A DNA stretch of 64,000 nt from Marsupella aquatica (taxonomy: Eukaryota > Plantae > Marchantiophyta). The first letter of the stretch is position 1. Each line of letters starts with the position of its first letter. Position numbers and translations under genes: made by a program. The notes below the pieces were generated by a model. The model was not told the DNA's origin and searched no databases. It worked only from the letters and a program-made list of their open reading frames with translations. Of this stretch, positions 63,101 to 64,000 are shown in pieces. The stretch lies in assembly GCA_973895155.1 (NCBI GenBank), contig OZ316896.1:22897722-22961721 (forward strand), read 5' to 3'.

Positions 63101-63720
63101 AAATTGAAAAACATTCTCTCCTATTTCCTCCCCTTTATTATATAAAACATTCCCAAAGAACAAAAGGGCCTAAGTAGCAGGAGACGGGATACCAAAGGGG
63201 GAAAACCCAATAAAGAGAAAGGACCATCATTTATACAGAAAGGAACAAGTTACAAAGTACAATGAAGGCAAAGCAAAAGAGGTCCAAAGAGGACAAACAC
63301 CAAACACTTAAAAAGAGGCAAATGTCCAACCAGTAAGAAACCTAGTTTAATTAATTTTCCTAAATATTTTCCTTTTGATCAACAAGTGAACAAGAAGAAG
63401 AAGAAAGAAAAAAGAAAAAAACAATGAAAAGGAGCTACCACTTCACTAGTGTGATCAACCAATTGTACACAGCTAAGGCAAATATGCAAGACTGAGCTAA
63501 ATAATGGTCCACATCCAGTGTAGTCCCTAAATCTGCAAGTCAGACAGGGATGTCCTGTAAGCCAGGGGGCAAACCTCTGCTGGAGCCAGTGCGGGAGGCA
63601 CACTATCTAGCACCCACCATGAGAGATGGATGTTGGATCGCTTCAACTTGAGTGTATTGTAACGTGACTGATTTGGATGATAAATGGGCATGGTCAAACT
63701 AGATAGCAGAGATCTGCCCA

Positions 63721-63797
63721 TGTCAAAGAAGCCCATCAAAATTATGATGATGAAGCAACTATTTGTCAAAGAAGCCCATCAAAATGATGATGAAGCT
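63721..63797. repeat. ~43-bp tandem duplication
   Basis: TGTCAAAGAAGCCCATCAAAAT..TGATGATGAAGC occurs twice. Confidence 0.75.
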
Positions 63798-64000
63798 GCC
63801 AAAATATCTAAGAGTAAGGGGGATGAAGCTACTAGATAAAGCACATGCAACATATTTTGTCTTTGTTATCTCGTTTGTTATTGCTCCCTGTGAAGCTGCT
63901 GCCCATGCCATTATTGCTGCTATCCCGATGATGTCTTGGCCTAGACTGAGGGTTGGGCACCACAACATCAGCCAAGGTACGTTGGCATGGTATGGACTTA

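Overview
Eukaryotic land-plant genomic DNA with GT-AG introns (bryophyte-like by impression; organism not determinable from the sequence). Two intact host genes face away from each other: an 8-exon chloroplast DUF3411/RETICULATA-family gene (minus strand, 3169-6340) and a ~18-exon MMS19/MET18 gene (plus strand, 29011-37135). Between them lies a nested transposon: a degenerate Ty1/Copia LTR retrotransposon (10005-25971, TSD TGCAT) interrupted inside its RT by a complete CACTA/En-Spm DNA transposon (11313-21205, TSD AAA). The main discovery is that this CACTA carries an uninterrupted SET-domain (lysine methyltransferase-like) exon inside the intron of its transposase gene. One N-terminal Cys/His 'transposase-associated' exon can splice in frame (phase 0) either to the SET exon or to the transposase exon, suggesting a transposon-encoded chromatin modifier made by alternative splicing; clusters of a TCGCAA motif mark both ends, the promoter region and an intron. 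The right half of the window is mostly intergenic: an amplified class III peroxidase exon remnant, two tandem miRNA-like hairpins, decayed pseudogene fragments and small repeats. Exon boundaries were read by eye and have no transcript support.
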